64,000 nucleotides of DNA. Origin: Bilabrum cf. latius (Eukaryota). The stretch spans positions 682,001 through 746,000 of the forward strand of contig OZ237737.1 in NCBI GenBank assembly GCA_965178125.1, given 5' to 3'. A program made the translations under genes and the position numbers. The notes beneath the pieces are model-generated. The model did no database searches and was not told where the DNA came from. It saw nothing but the letters and a program-made list of their open reading frames with translations. Below, piece by piece: positions 1 to 13,097 of the stretch (the stretch's first letter is position 1; each line of letters starts with the position of its first letter).

Positions 1-3000
1 CTGGAATGGGAGTAAGACGAAATCTTCCTGCCAGCCGGCTGCAAGCATTGGTAGAAATATTACACTTGTAGGCCAGAGAGAATGCTCGGGGCTTGCAGCT
101 GCAGTTTGGTGAGATGGGGCTCACTGCTACCCGAACTCTACTGTTCTCGTCGTCGACTGAACGGGACGAGTTCGTGGCATTATTTAGCCGTCTGGTCGGA
201 GCAAAGGCCATTGCACGGCCGCTATTAAAGCTTGGCAGCGCACTCGGGGGTGCCGGGCCGGCGAGTGCCTCGAAGTCACTCGCCTCTGCGGATAGCCATG
301 CCAAGAGCGTGCAAGGCCACAGCGGGAACCACCTCGTCGCCATAGAGAACCTGTACGGCTTCCAGTGCAACCGAGTCACGCAGCTGGACACATCCAGCTG
401 CATGCTGCGCATCCTCGAGCAGCCCGCCATGGACAGCACCAAGGCGAGCGTGCTGCAGGCCCACTCCCTCTCCCGCCTGGAGCGCTTCGACGTGCACTCG
501 GTGGACCCCTGCGCCCTCGGCCTGTGCTTCCAGGGCGACAGAGCGGCCTCTAGCGCCCCTGCACAGCTGGTCATATCCTTCCGTTCGCGTGACGAGCGCG
601 ATGATTTCGTTGAGGCGCTCAAGCCCGTGGTGGACCGCTCGGGTGCCACCGGGGAGGACGGGGGTCCTCTGCTGCCCAACTACACGTGGAGGGTGCCGCT
701 GCCCGTCAGGAAGTGGTTCCGGTTTCTCGTGCATCGCAAGGCAGGGGGTAGCATGGGATCCGGGAAGGAATTCATCCTCATGTGCAGCGTGCGGCACCGG
801 ACGCTCAATTTTATCGACTCGGCCGAGCTGGCTGCGCTGGGGGGCGTGGAGGCCCATTTCATCCCGGACACGGTCAAGATCGCACAAACTATCAGCACCC
901 TGCCCGGAGCCATGCAAGTGGAGCTGGACCCGGCCAACCCTAGGCGAATTCGATTCTCGACAGACACGCCGGGCACGCCTGTAGGCGACCGGCGGTACAT
1001 TGACATTGAGCTGCCCACTGCTGGGGAGAGGCAGCGGCTCTCTGCAGTCCTAAACTCGATTGCAGCCGCGCCCACGGCAAGCAAGGACAATCAACCGTCG
1101 TCTGCCGCCAGGCTAGCCGCCCGAGACCCGGCCCCTCCAGTTGTGCCCGCCCTGTGGCATGCGGACTGGCCGCACGACGAGGTGGGCGTGTATGTGGGCA
1201 CGTACAACGTGTCGGGGTAGCCACCTCCTGGCCCGCGAGAGCTGCAGAAATGGATCCCATTCCCGTTCAACAAGGCCCACGACCTCTACGTCCTGGGCTT
1301 TTAGGAGATCGGATCGGCTGCCAACCGCGAGAAGTGGGGCAAGGCGCTTTTCGAGTTCTTGAATACGAACCCGAGATCCGCTGGGCTGGACCCAATGCAG
1401 ACAGAGCGGAACCGGTCGGCCACGGTGGCTGCATCAGCACACCCACTGTACGGCGACCTGTCCGGAGGTGGATCGTCTGGCGCTGGGGCAGCAGAGTAGT
1501 CCGAGTCGGCGCCAGAGCCGATCCACACCGGCGGGTATCTTCAGGTTGCCCACGCCTTTATGTGGGAGATATCTCTATGGGTGTTTGTGAGGGCACCGCA
1601 CGCCGGTGACATCTCCAACGTGCAGACGCACTACGAGCCCACGGGCCTTGCGCTCCTGAAGAACGTGACGGGGCAGCAGCTAGGCAACAAGGGTGGGCTG
1701 GGCTGCTCGCTGACGTGGAGGAGCACCCCACTGGCCTTCGTAAACTGTCATCTTGCTGCGAGACCAGAGCGCATTCCGGAGCGCGAGTCTGACTTTCGCT
1801 AGATTGTTCGGAACTTGCAGCTCAACAGCAGCATGCAGGGGTACGGGCTGGATTTTATCCATGGGCACGAGCACGTGTTTTTCTTTGGCGACATGAATTA
1901 TCGCGTGGATCTCCCATTTGCCACGGCGGTGGACTGCCACAAGCGGGGCGACTACCCGATGCTGGCCAGCAACGACCAGCTAGCCAAGCAGAAGCAGCTG
2001 AGGCGCGTACTGGATGGATTCGAGGAAGGTCAGCTTGACTTTCCACCGACGTACAGATGGCAGCGGCAATCAGACGAGTTCTCTAACAAGCGGGCGCAAG
2101 CCCCCTCCTACACGGATCGAATCACGCACAAGAGCGCGCCTGGTGTGGCTTGGTGCATCGACCGCGAGTCGTACAGAAGCGCGCACCAGCTGTATGGGTC
2201 GGACCACAGGGCCGTCTCCGCCGAGTATCAGGTGCAGCTGAGGCAGTACTACACGATCCCCGCACCCCCTCCAGTGCACTCGCTCATCCCTAGGCCGAGC
2301 TTCTTCGCGCAGTTCGACCACAACGTGTGCCCCCCTCCCGTGATCCTGCTGCAGGACCTCAGGGTGGTGGGCTACCAGGCAGCCATGGCTCCTCACGCAA
2401 TGTTCCTCTCGGTGCTCTCGCCCGTGCTTGAGGACAACCCGTACGTGACGCCGGCCATCGCAGCCGAGGGGATCTCAGACTTTCAGCGCAAGCAGCTGAA
2501 CGACCTGCTCGACACCATGCGCAAGGAGGCCAAGGCAAGGAAGGCTGCGCTCAAGGCCGCCGCCAAGAAGAGCAAGAAGGAGGCAAAGAAGGCTGGGAAG
2601 TAGCCCACCCCTAGCCTAGACTCGAGCGCGGACCCTGCTGGTGCCAGTGTGGGTGGCTCTGGCACCGACATCCGCCGCTCGCAGTCGAGCCGGCTGGCCA
2701 GCATGCAGTCGCACCCCCTCATGGTGACCTCCATGGACAGCGCGAGGGATTCCCCCCTCGACGAGCACGACAGCGACGATGAGGTGCTGCTCGAGGACGC
2801 AGAGGGTGGTGCGGGGGCACGCAAAGTGGACATCGACACGTCGAGCCTCTCGCTGGCCTGGCTCACGGAGCAGAGCGCGGGGGCGAGCGATGGTGGCGGG
2901 ATCGACCCGCACCGGCAGGGGCTGCTGGCCCTTAGCTGCGAGTACCCGATCACACCCTACGAGACGGCCCTGCCGCCCATGCGGCTGCATCTGTGGGACC

Positions 3001-6000
3001 CTCGCATCCTGCGGTCTATGCACCTGAACGTGGTCGCACAGCAGCCGCCCAAGTCCGACCTGGGTGATGCCAAGTCCAGGGTCGTGGGTCAGGCCACTCT
3101 TCCCCTGGCGCCACTCTGCGATGCAGCTGCCGATGCCGCCCTCGAGGGCCTGCAGCGGTCCATGGAGGAAGAGGACGAGGAGGGCGTGGAACTCAGCCCA
3201 GCCGAAGCTGCGGGTGCCAACCCCGCGGCCGCGCTCCAGAAAATGCAGCGGTCTCCCAGGGCAAGATCGAAGGGTTCCAGGGCCCGCCGCAGGTCCGAGA
3301 GGCACCTGAACACGTACAAGCGGCAGTTTGACAAGCATGGTATCCCCTGGGCCTTCCAGCACGAGGCTCTCCCCTTCTGTGTGGACCTGTTTCTCGAGGG
3401 GTAGCCCGTGGCGAAGCTCCACGGAAAATACTGCATGCGCGCTGCCACGGATGAGGAGGTAGCGGGGCGCCCGGGGGCGGCCTTGATCGCGTCTCACTGG
3501 AACTTTGACGACAGCATCGATGCCTTGCGACAGGCTGTGGACGGCGTGGACGGAGGAGAGCCCTCCAAGGCTGGCAAGGCTGTCGGGGCGGGAGGTGAGG
3601 AGGACTTCGATGCGTGGGAAAGCAAGGGAAGCGACGTTGAGATGGAGGACTTCGAGGCAGACGCGGCTGGGCTTCGCTACAGGCACCGGCCAGACCACCC
3701 CGCGTACGCCGGTAGCGACGACAGGGAACTGGGCGGCAGGCCCAGCTCTGACCTCGAGGGCGGCATCCCTTCGCCGCTGCGGGAGAACGGCGAAGAGCGG
3801 GCAGCGTGGGCCGCTGGGATGCGCAAGAGCGAGAGCGGCGAGTACGAGGTGAGCGAAGACAGCGTCCTGGAGATCATCGCCAAGAAGGCGGACGAGGAGG
3901 TCCAGGTGCAAGGGGGCGGCGACCTAACCGGAGGGGCTTCCTCGAGCGATGGACCTCCCATCGGCTCGCAGGTAGGCGTGCAGGAGAGGCTAGCGGCGAG
4001 GAGAAGGTCCTCGGCTCCTCCCGGCAGTGTCGTGGAGCAGTTCGCCAATAGGCACATGGCGCAGGCAGGGGAGGCCATCGCGGAGGCCGACCAGGAGACG
4101 GACTCGGAGGACGAGGAAGGGGGCAGAGAGGGAGGGGGCAGCGCTGGCACTCAGGCTGCGCCGGCACCCACCCGGAAACCAGCACCTTCTCCACCTCCGC
4201 CGCCAAAGCGACAGCCGGTGCTGCCCCCGCCGCCAGCATCGCCCCCGGCTGCAATTGCGCAGCAGGCCAAGCGCAACAGGCGCAGGCGCAGCACCATCAA
4301 CCTGCTCCAGACCTCCATGCTGCCGCACGAAATGCTCCCCGGCCCACCGTCAGAGCCCCCGCCGAGTGGAGGCCCCACCCTACCGCCGCCTCCGGTGCCC
4401 CAGCTGGCCATTGGGTCAGAGGCCAAGCCGGGTGCGTCAGCATCTTCTTCGGTCCGAGCCGATACGACTCCAGCAGCCGGCCAGTCACAGGGCACCGTGC
4501 CCCCGCCTCCCCCCGCAGGCGCATCGCAATAGCAGACCTCCAGCCCAGCCTTGGTTCAGGCAGGTGGAACGGCGGGGAGTGCAAGCGATGCAGCGGCAGC
4601 AGCAGTACCCGTCATGCCGGCAGCCCGCGCACCTCGCTCTGCCCTCCCGAGCCTGGCATCCCTGCGCAAGCAGACCCAGGCTGCGGCAGCCGCAGAGGCG
4701 ACGCAGCAATCCAGGCGAGTGTCGGCATTCGCGGTGTCGGCCATCAAGATCGTCCAGCCTTAGAAGCCCAAGCTCGGTGCGGCTGCGAGCCTGGCTCCCG
4801 CTGGCAACGGGTGGGGCGGAAGCACCAGCAGCGGTGGGTCCACGCTCACGCACCTAAACGGCGCCGCGGGGATGCTGCGGAACCAGGGCAGGGTGACCGG
4901 CGCGCTCCGAGCGAATGCAGGCCAGTCCAGGCCACCCCCTCCCCCTCCGCCGGTGGACACGTCCGGCTCCAGCGTGGCGTCGAGCACCAGCACGCAGCGG
5001 TTCGCACTGCGGCCCAAGCTCAGGGGCTTCGAGTCCAGCGATGACCGGGCCTCGCTGGGAGGAGGCACGCCGACTGGGATGGGCGGGGCAGGGGGCATGC
5101 AAGGGGCCAGGGCTGGCGTTGCGTCCAGCGGTGCGGGGACCGGAGGAGGAGCCGGCTCCACCGGTGGGGAAGGCATCGCCAAGGGGTCTCGGTCCCGGGT
5201 GCAGGCAGGGGCCGTGATCGGATCGTCGGCGGTGGTCAAAACGGCAGCGAAGCCGCTGGCCCCCGGCAGCAAGGGCATCGCTGCTGCCAGGGCGCCTGTT
5301 GTCTCGGCGCCCGCTGGCATGGGTGTCCGCACGCAGGCCGCAGACGGGCTGCAGGCAGGTGGCAGCGAGTCGCCGCTTGGGGGCAAAGGCAAAGGTAAAG
5401 GCAAGAGCAAGGGAAAGGGAAAGGGGAAAGGAAAGGCAATAAGGGAGGGCAAGGGTGCAGACGGAGGCAAGACACCCACGGAAACCGGCCCCAAGACGAC
5501 CAAGAAGCAGCCCATGCCCAAGGAAACCGGCCCCAAGACGACCAAGAAGCAGCCCATGCCCAAGGAAACCGGCCCCAAGACGACCAAGAAGCAGCCCATG
5601 CCCAAGGAAACCGGCCCCTAGACGACCAAGAAGCAGCCCATGCCCAAGGAAACCGGCCCCAAGACGACCAAGAAGCAGCCCATGCCGAAGGAAAAGCAGC
5701 CCGCTCCTGGGGCTGCTGGCCTGGCGTCCGGTGAAAGCAAGGGTGTGGGAACTTCCCTGCAAACAAAGCCGAAGCTCAAGCCGAAGCTTAAGGCGGCTGC
5801 CGGCGCAGGAACTCCCAAGCCCGCGGCAGGTGACCGGCAGCCTCCCCCTCCGCCCCCAGCTGGTGCCGGTGGTGCAGGTAGTGGCGTAAGCTCCGGGCAA
5901 TCGTAGAAGCCAGCAGCTCCGAGGGGGCTAGCAGGCTCCGCAGCGGCAGCGCCTGCACCTGCGTCTGGCTCGCAGTCCGGCCGCGTCGTGATTGTGTCTT

Positions 6001-6035
6001 CGAGCAAGCCCAAGGCCCCGCGCCCTGGCAAATGA
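1..6035 (+). CDS. Inositol polyphosphate 5-phosphatase with long Pro/Ala/Lys-rich C-terminus (5' end probably outside window); TAG read as Gln
   Basis: Same-frame ORFs 93..1220, 1560..1802, 1815..2603, 2649..3404, 3408..4532, 4551..4763, 4872..5621 and 5640..5906 are separated only by TAG. Motifs: GTYNV, DLYVLGF(TAG)EIG, GNKGG, FVNCHLAA, FFGDMNYR, DQL, PTY, PSYTDRI, SDHRAV. First TGA at 6033-6035. Confidence 0.9.
5481..5690 (+). repeat. Coding minisatellite: 5 copies of a 42-bp unit (ETGPKTTKKQPMPK)
   Basis: Near-identical units start at 5481, 5523, 5565, 5607 and 5649. Copy 4 has TAG in place of AAG at 5619-5621. Confidence 0.95.
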
Positions 6036-6223
6036 TTATTCGGTGTTGGGTCATGCTTATTAAGTGCAGTTCCGTGTCGATTGATTGCAGCACCAATCCG
6101 TCCATATTGCGGTTCATCATGTTGTGGCGTGCAGATATGGTTCCAGTTCAAGATCGCTCACTGCCTTGCAAGAACATCTGGCTTGTTGCGATGATCAAAG
6201 GGCGACTTTCCATTCGGAATGGG

Positions 6224-9178
6224 ATGAACTGCATTGCCAGTGGTCGTAGGATACGCTCGCTGACACGAGCTTGCAGCACATACGTCTCGACACAGCAGCT
6301 GATTGAGCAATTTCGAACGAGCGGCCACGTTGCCGCATAGCTGGCCCCAGTCGGCGATGGGGCATCCCGATTTGACAAAATTGCACAGGAGCTAGACTGC
6401 AGGGTGTATTTCCCCGCCAGTGAGTCGCAGATCGCCCAGGAGCTGGTGCCCACTCTGACTGCCGGCTCGCCGCCAAGGACCGCTGGCGAGCTGGAAGCAG
6501 CTTTGCGTGACGTTTACTGCGGCACATTTGCGGCCGAATTCTCGCATCTCGCTAGCCGAAGCGAGCGATGCTATTGGGTTGACGTCATGGAGAAGCACTT
6601 GCCGGCAGCCAGGGCTGTGGGCGCTGGTCGTTCAGCCCGGCATGCCTTTCGGCAGATGGCTCAAGCCGAGGAATTCGAGAGGTTCCTGGGTGTTAAACTG
6701 CCATCGTTGAAGAGGTACAGCGGAGAAGGCGCCGAATCTATGCATCCCTTGCTCTCGGCCGTGTTTGACGGGCTGGCGCAGCGCGGCTCCCGGCAGGTTG
6801 TGGTGGGCATGCCTCACCGTGGCCGCCTCGCTTTCCTCGCGGGTGTCATGCAGTACCCGGTGTAGAAACTCTTCCACAAGCTGCTGGGCATGCCTGACAT
6901 CCCAGACGGTGTTCCTGGGATCGACGATGTCAGCTCGCACGTCGCGCACTCGCGCCCCGCCGTCCCCATCGGCCCCACTGGACCTGCGCTGGAGGGCCTC
7001 ATGCCAGCGGACGTCGAGTCGCAGGAGGGCACTGCCGTGACTCTGCTTCACAACCCCAGCCACCTGGAGGCCGTGAACCCCGTGGCCATGGGCAAGACTA
7101 GAGCCAAGCGGGTCTCGGGGGAGGACCCAGAGGCGAGCTGCGTGCTGGTACACGGCGACGGGGCGTTCAGCGGACAGGGGGTCGTGGGAGAGTCGCTAGC
7201 AATGGCCCAGCTGCCTGGCTTTGGCATCGGGGGGACCGTGCACGTGGTAGTGAACAACTTGCTCGCCTTCACCGCAGGGGCGCACGAGGGCCGATCCACT
7301 CCTCACGCGACCGATGCGGCCAAGGGCTACGGCATCCCTGTGGTGCACGTGAATGCCGAGGACGTCGAAGGGGTCTTTCTGGCGGCGCAAAGTGCGGTCG
7401 AGTACCGACGACGCTTCGGAAACGATGTGGTGATCAACCTGGTGGGCTTCCGCAGGCACGGGCACAACGAGGTAGACGAGCCCAGGTTCACCAACCCCGC
7501 GCTGTACAAGGGTGTGGACAGCCAGGAGAGTTTCCCGACGAGGTATGGGGAGCAGCTGGTTAAGGACAACGTCATAACCAAGGAGGACCAGGAAGGGATC
7601 AGGAATCGCGCGAGGGCGCACCTGGAGAAGCAGTTCGAGGCGGCCAAGCAGCTGGCGGCAGGGGAGGGGTCCTTCTCCATGCAGGCTCCCGGAATGAAGC
7701 ACAGGGAGAATCCAGGGGACGTGGTGAAAGATGGGAGCGCATACGCAGGCAAATGGGAGGCCATGCGGCCGGCCACTCCCGAGGACGTGTCGGGGAGGCA
7801 GTCCACTGGCGTCGCGCCGGCCAGGCTGGCAGAGTTCCTTCGGGCCTCGATCAACCTGCCCTCTGACCAAGGCTTGGAGTTGCACGGGCGGCTCCAGCGA
7901 ACCTTCGTGAAGGCACGGGCTGCGATGTGCGAGACGATCGAGAGCGATTCGAATGCAGAGGTGATCGACTGGGCCTCGGCCGAGGCCATGGCATTCGGGG
8001 CGGCGCTCGCCGACAGCTGCAGGGTCCGGCTGTGCGGCCAGGACGCGCAGCGAGGCACCTTCTCGCACAGGCACGCCGCCATGGTCTGCCAGAACAGCGA
8101 GAAGCGGATCGTGCCCCTGAATTCTATCGCTGGCGCGCCAACGGTCCTGGACAGGCGCGACCGCCCTGCTACTCTCGGCCTCGAGGTGGTGAGCAGCCAC
8201 CTGTCGGAGTTCGCCGTGATGGGGTTCGAGTACGGGCACTCCCTGGAGTCGCCCCAGCAGCTGTCTCTGTGGGAGGCCCAGTTTGGAGACTTCATGAACG
8301 GCGCTCAGATTGCAATCGACGCGTTCGTGGCGAGCGGAGAGACCAAGTGGTTGCGGTCGACTGGCCTGGTGTTGCTGCTGCCGCACGGCTTCGACGGTGC
8401 AGGACCAGAGCACTCATCTTGCCGCGTGGAGAGGTTCCTGCAAATGGTCAATTCGCAAGAATTAGCGGGGGAGACGGCCCCGTGCCTGTAGGCAGCCAGC
8501 GGGCTTCCAGCGGACAAGTCGATTGGGGAGGCCGTGAACATGCGTGTTGCCGCGCCCACCACGCCGGCCAACTACTTCCACCTTCTCAGGAGGCAGACAG
8601 CGGGGCACTTCCGGAAGCCGCTCGTGGTGGTGGGCCCCAAGACCCTGCTGCGCCACAAGGCGTGCGTCAGCTCCCTATCGCACATGGCCGAGGGCACGGC
8701 CTTCGAGCCGGTGCTCGTGTCAGCTGCCGCCGACGCACCACTGAGTGCCCCTGAGGATATGCATGAGGCTACCAGCAAGGGCGCCAAGCGGGTGATCATC
8801 TGCTCGGGCAAGATAGCCGTTGAGCTTGAGGCCAAGCGCGCCGAGCTTGCGGCATCTGCCCCCGACTCGGAGGCCGCCTCAACTGCGATCGTGAGGGTAG
8901 AGGAGCTGGCACCTTGGCCCAAGGAGGCCCTTGGGGGTGCCCTCGAGGCGCTGTCAGCGGGCGAGGAGATCAAGAGCGTACGATTCGTACAAGAGGAGCC
9001 GGCCAACGCCGGCACGTGGTAGTGGGCCAAGGCACATTGCGAACGAGCGGTGCGTGAGGCGACAGGGTGCGAGCTGGAATACGTGGGTCGCCCAGCCCTC
9101 GCAGCCCCGGCTGTGGGTGTGTCCCACCTGCACAAGGCCTAGGTGGAGCGGCTGTTTCATTTCGCATTCCAGGAGTGA
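6224..9178 (+). CDS. 2-oxoglutarate/2-oxoadipate dehydrogenase E1 component (DHTKD1-like), mitochondrial
   Basis: Motifs KRYSGEGAES, GMPHRGRL, NPSHLEAVNP, HGDGAF, GHNEVDEP, GQDAQRGTFSHRHA, WEAQFGDF, LPHGFDGAGPEHSS, QEEPANAG. In-frame TAG at 6338, 6863, 8489, 9020, 9140; TGA at 9176-9178. The start may instead be ATG 6191. Confidence 0.92.
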
Positions 9179-9390
9179 GGGGTGGAGCTGATTCTGGTTC
9201 TGGATCGCGTGGGTGAGGTTGGGAGGTAGACTCATGCCTTATGAGGCTGGGACTGACGCCGGCCGTGAAGTGTCGGCGTGGATTTCACTGCGGATCCCTG
9301 TGCGAGTGCAACGCGCCGTGAAAGAGTGATTTGCAACAAAACGGAGAATACTAGGTTCAAACATTATTCAGGATAGGCGCCCCCGGATCT

Positions 9391-12300
9391 TCAAACACCT
9401 GCAGCGGTGCGGCGGCGCTTGCTCGCCGGCGTCCCATTGCGGCTTCCGGCCTCCCTAGCCCCGATCTGCGATGAGCCCTTGCGCGAACCAGGCTTTCCGC
9501 TTCCTGCCCTTGACTCAGTGTCGACAGAGTCACTTGCCTCGTTCGGTGGCGTTTTCGTGGGCGTGTCGGGGTCCAGTTCCGGTTTGGGATTCGACGCAGA
9601 CACTTGCCTGGACCGCTTTGAGCCGAGCGCCTCTGTCGCATCGCTAGCCTAGCTTGCCACCTCTACAGCTGTAGACGCACTGCTGCTGCTACTGCTAGCC
9701 CCGCCTGCGACGTTGCCGTTGTCAGCGAAAGGTGCCACCAGCGCAGATGCCGGCGCCATCCCCATCACCCTGGCAGTGTGTGCCCGCGCCAGCTCCTGAG
9801 TGGCGGGGTCCTCGAGCCGCATCGATGCGCCCGCCTTAGTTGTGCCTCCAGGGAGCCCGTCCACGCTGACGTGAGCGGCGCGCTGCAGACCCGCGGACCT
9901 GAGCGCCGCCTCCACCACGGTGCTGATCTGGGCCTTGGCAGAGTAGGCCCCGCGGAGCCCGTCCACGATGGGCACCCCGATACCAAACTGAGGCAGGGCA
10001 TCCGGCCGGCGCAGGTCATCCACTGCCTCCTTCACGAACGACTCGAGTAGGTCATCCTGCCCCCCTCCAGCGCCGTACACGCCTCCCCCCGAGCCCATCA
10101 TCGCACCGGACTGAGCCTGGGAGCGGGACTGCGCCCTGTCTCGCAGCAGGGCCTGCACGCACAGCCACCTTACCTCGCACCTGTCGCGCTCGGCCTCGCT
10201 GGCAAACAGAGGCGCCTGCTCGCTGTCGGCAGCACTGCTCGCTGCAGCCTGCGATGCCGCCGATTTGGCGCCCCGCTTGCCCTTGGGTCGGCCCGGGGAG
10301 CGCTTGGGCGCGGGGGCCGCCGCACCGGCGCCCGCGGCAGGCTCCAGCTGAGCGATCCTTCGCTGCATCCGGTCCAACAGAAGGGTCATCTGGTCCATCA
10401 CGCGCTGGTTTCCTTGCAAAATCACCGCTAGCCGCTACGCGTTATCCTCTGCGGCAGCCATGCCCGCATCAGACCGGAGCTTGGCAGTCCTCAGCTGGTC
10501 CACAGCCTCGAGGGCAGCAGCGGCCCGCTTCCTCTGCTCGCTGAGCCGAGCATACTGGGCGAGCTCGGCCTGCCTCTGCTGCTCGATGAGCGTGAGCTTG
10601 CTCCTGAGCTCGTTGCATTCCCGGTTCTTGGCCGTGTAGTTGGTGTGTGCCGTGTCGTACTGCGCCTTGGCCCGCTGCACCTGCTCCTGGGAAGCGGCCA
10701 GCTTGGTCTCCACCGCAACCACCTTGCCCTTCTCCTCTTGCAGGAGGGTGGACAGCTCGGTCACCCTCGCGGCCTTGGTCTTGGCGGACTGCTGCGCCTT
10801 GCTCAGCTCCCGATTCACGGCATCTTGCTGCTGTGCGCGTGCCTGCATGCCAGGCATCCTCATGTTGAGGGCGTCCAGCTGCTGCTGCAAGCGGCGGTTC
10901 CTGGCATGCAGCTGGTCCACGATGCGCTCGTGCTCGCTCCTGGCGATCACGCCGCCCAAGAACTTCCCGCTGCTGCTCGATGCGGACGACGAGGCGGCCT
11001 ATGGAGCGGCACCGGACGAGCCCCCCGAGCTCGATTTCTCAAACCAGGGCTGCAGACCAGACCCACCGGAGCCTGCCCCTGAGCTGGCGGCGGGACCCGG
11101 GGCCGGCCGTAACGCCCCCGACGAGGCTGACGCGCCGTGTGCCCCTGTCCCAGACCTAGAGTCGTCCCCGGTGTCGTCACTGAGGTCCACCACGCGCCCC
11201 TCACCAGCGGCACCTCCCAAGTCACCACCACCACCGAGATACCCGGCAGCTAGCCCACGCCCGTTCTCCAGGGCCTCCAGAGGTTCCGTCTGCTCGAACT
11301 TCTTGTCCACGATGTCCTGGGCCACTTGCTCCAGCACTGTCACGGCGCCGCCACCGCTGGACCGGCGGCGGCCCCCGGTGCTGACTCGGCTCACGATGGT
11401 GCTGTTGCCCTGCGATGGCGAGCGAAATAAAGCGTTTCCAGCATGGCATAGTGACGCTGCGACGAGATTCGATGAGCGGATCAAACACTGCACGGCTGGC
11501 TGGGAACGCATCAAGCCGAGCTACTCACGCTGTCCTTCCGTGTGACCACCACCTCGATCGAGCTGGCTAGCTGCAGCATCATGCGGACGTCCTTCGCGTC
11601 CGCCGCGATGTGCAGGGCCGTGCGCCTCTGCTCCATCTCGGACTGGTTCGGCTTGGCCCCGTGGTGCAGCAGATGGGCGACTGCCTCGTACTTGCGCGTG
11701 CTGGCGGCGTGCAGCAAGGCGGTGCGCTGGGCATCGGGAGTGGCGGGGATCTGCGGGCGTGGGAGGAGCGGATGGGAGAGCGCTGCAGTGCAATACACAC
11801 GAGACGGGATACATTCACACAGGATCACCCCGCGCTGGGACCAAAATCTGGGTGCTCACAGTTTCGTAGTCGTTGATGTCGACCCCATTGCGGATGGCCG
11901 ACTCGATGAACGTGGCATGCACGCCGGGTCTGTGGTCTTTCGGGGCACGCGCGCACATCTCATGCAGCGCATTTCTGGACGCGGCCAGCTTCTGCCCACC
12001 GTACTACACGGTGCAGGGACACATGAGGCAGGCATTCGCACCCTCCTGCATCAGCTCGATGGCCAGCTCCACCTGGCCCATCGACGCGGTGTGGAACAGG
12101 AGCGTGCAGCCGTGCTGCGAAACGGAGGAGCAAGCGCAGCATGCGTGGATCCGGTTATTACAAGCTGGCATTGTGGGAACGCTGGAGCGTGGTGGGACAG
12201 GTTTTGGGAGCTTGCTCGGGCAGGCCACGGTTTGCTGCCTCACATCATCTCTGGCATCAATGTCGATCCCAGCGTTCCGCAGCATACCGCACACACGGCG

Positions 12301-12956
12301 GGCCTTCTCGCGATCTCTGCGGCTGTTGCGCGGGAATCGGAGGATCTGGTGCGCGACAGTGCTGTAGTCGAGTCGCTGGTGAACTCCTTGGCCCAGCAAA
12401 TACTTCACGCAGCCCTCTGCCAGGCTGCCAACCGCCTGGTCGAGCGGAGTTTCATCCCCGATCCGAGATGTTGATGTTAGGCTGGCTCCCCTGCTCGCTA
12501 GCAGCTCCATCATTTCCACATGATCGAACGCTGTGCATGTATGAATTGCCTGGAGTCCAAATTTGGCTTCCCCGGCGTTGATATCAGCACCATTGTCCAA
12601 CAGGGCCTCAGCAGACCTCAGCCAATTATGTTGTGCTGCCAGCGTCAGCAGTGTGTGTCCATGTATCTGCGAAATAGTAGTTCGGCGATGCGAGTAACTC
12701 TTGATTCACAAAACTGCTTTCATGACGTCCCATACTTGTGCGATCTTCCATGCGTGTGCCCCGTAATAGTTTGAATACAACATGTGTTCTGAATTGGCAG
12801 TCATTGTGGTGCAATGATTCTCACAAAATTCGCATGTGGCGAGTTTACATCCTTCATTTCCTGTGCGTCAGCCTTGGCCAGCAGCTCTCTGATTCTATCG
12901 ACTTTCTGCTCTTTGACAGCTTCATATAGTTTCTTTACGAAAGGGGGTACCGGCAT
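9391..12956 (-). CDS. Ankyrin-repeat plus coiled-coil protein, 5 exons
   Basis: Ankyrin motifs LLDNGADIN, ETPLDQAV, RTALHIAA; coiled coil at 10435-10959. Predicted introns 12667-12824, 12115-12243, 11751-11859, 11410-11528. In-frame TAGs at 12004, 10999, 10435, 9649; TGA at 9391. Confidence 0.75.
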
Positions 12957-13097
12957 TTAGATGATTCTATCGCAACAACTGCCTCTGCTGCCAACACAAG
13001 CCAGTTTTGAAATTTTATTTGTAGCGTTTGGAATTGCCTGAGGGAGAGATAAACCAGAAGCTCCCCAAGAAGCACAAAGTGTAGCCTACTTGAACTC

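Noticed and set aside
5481-5690. Direct repeats resembling a CRISPR array
   Set aside because: The units are contiguous with no spacers, lie in frame in a eukaryotic CDS, and there are no cas genes.
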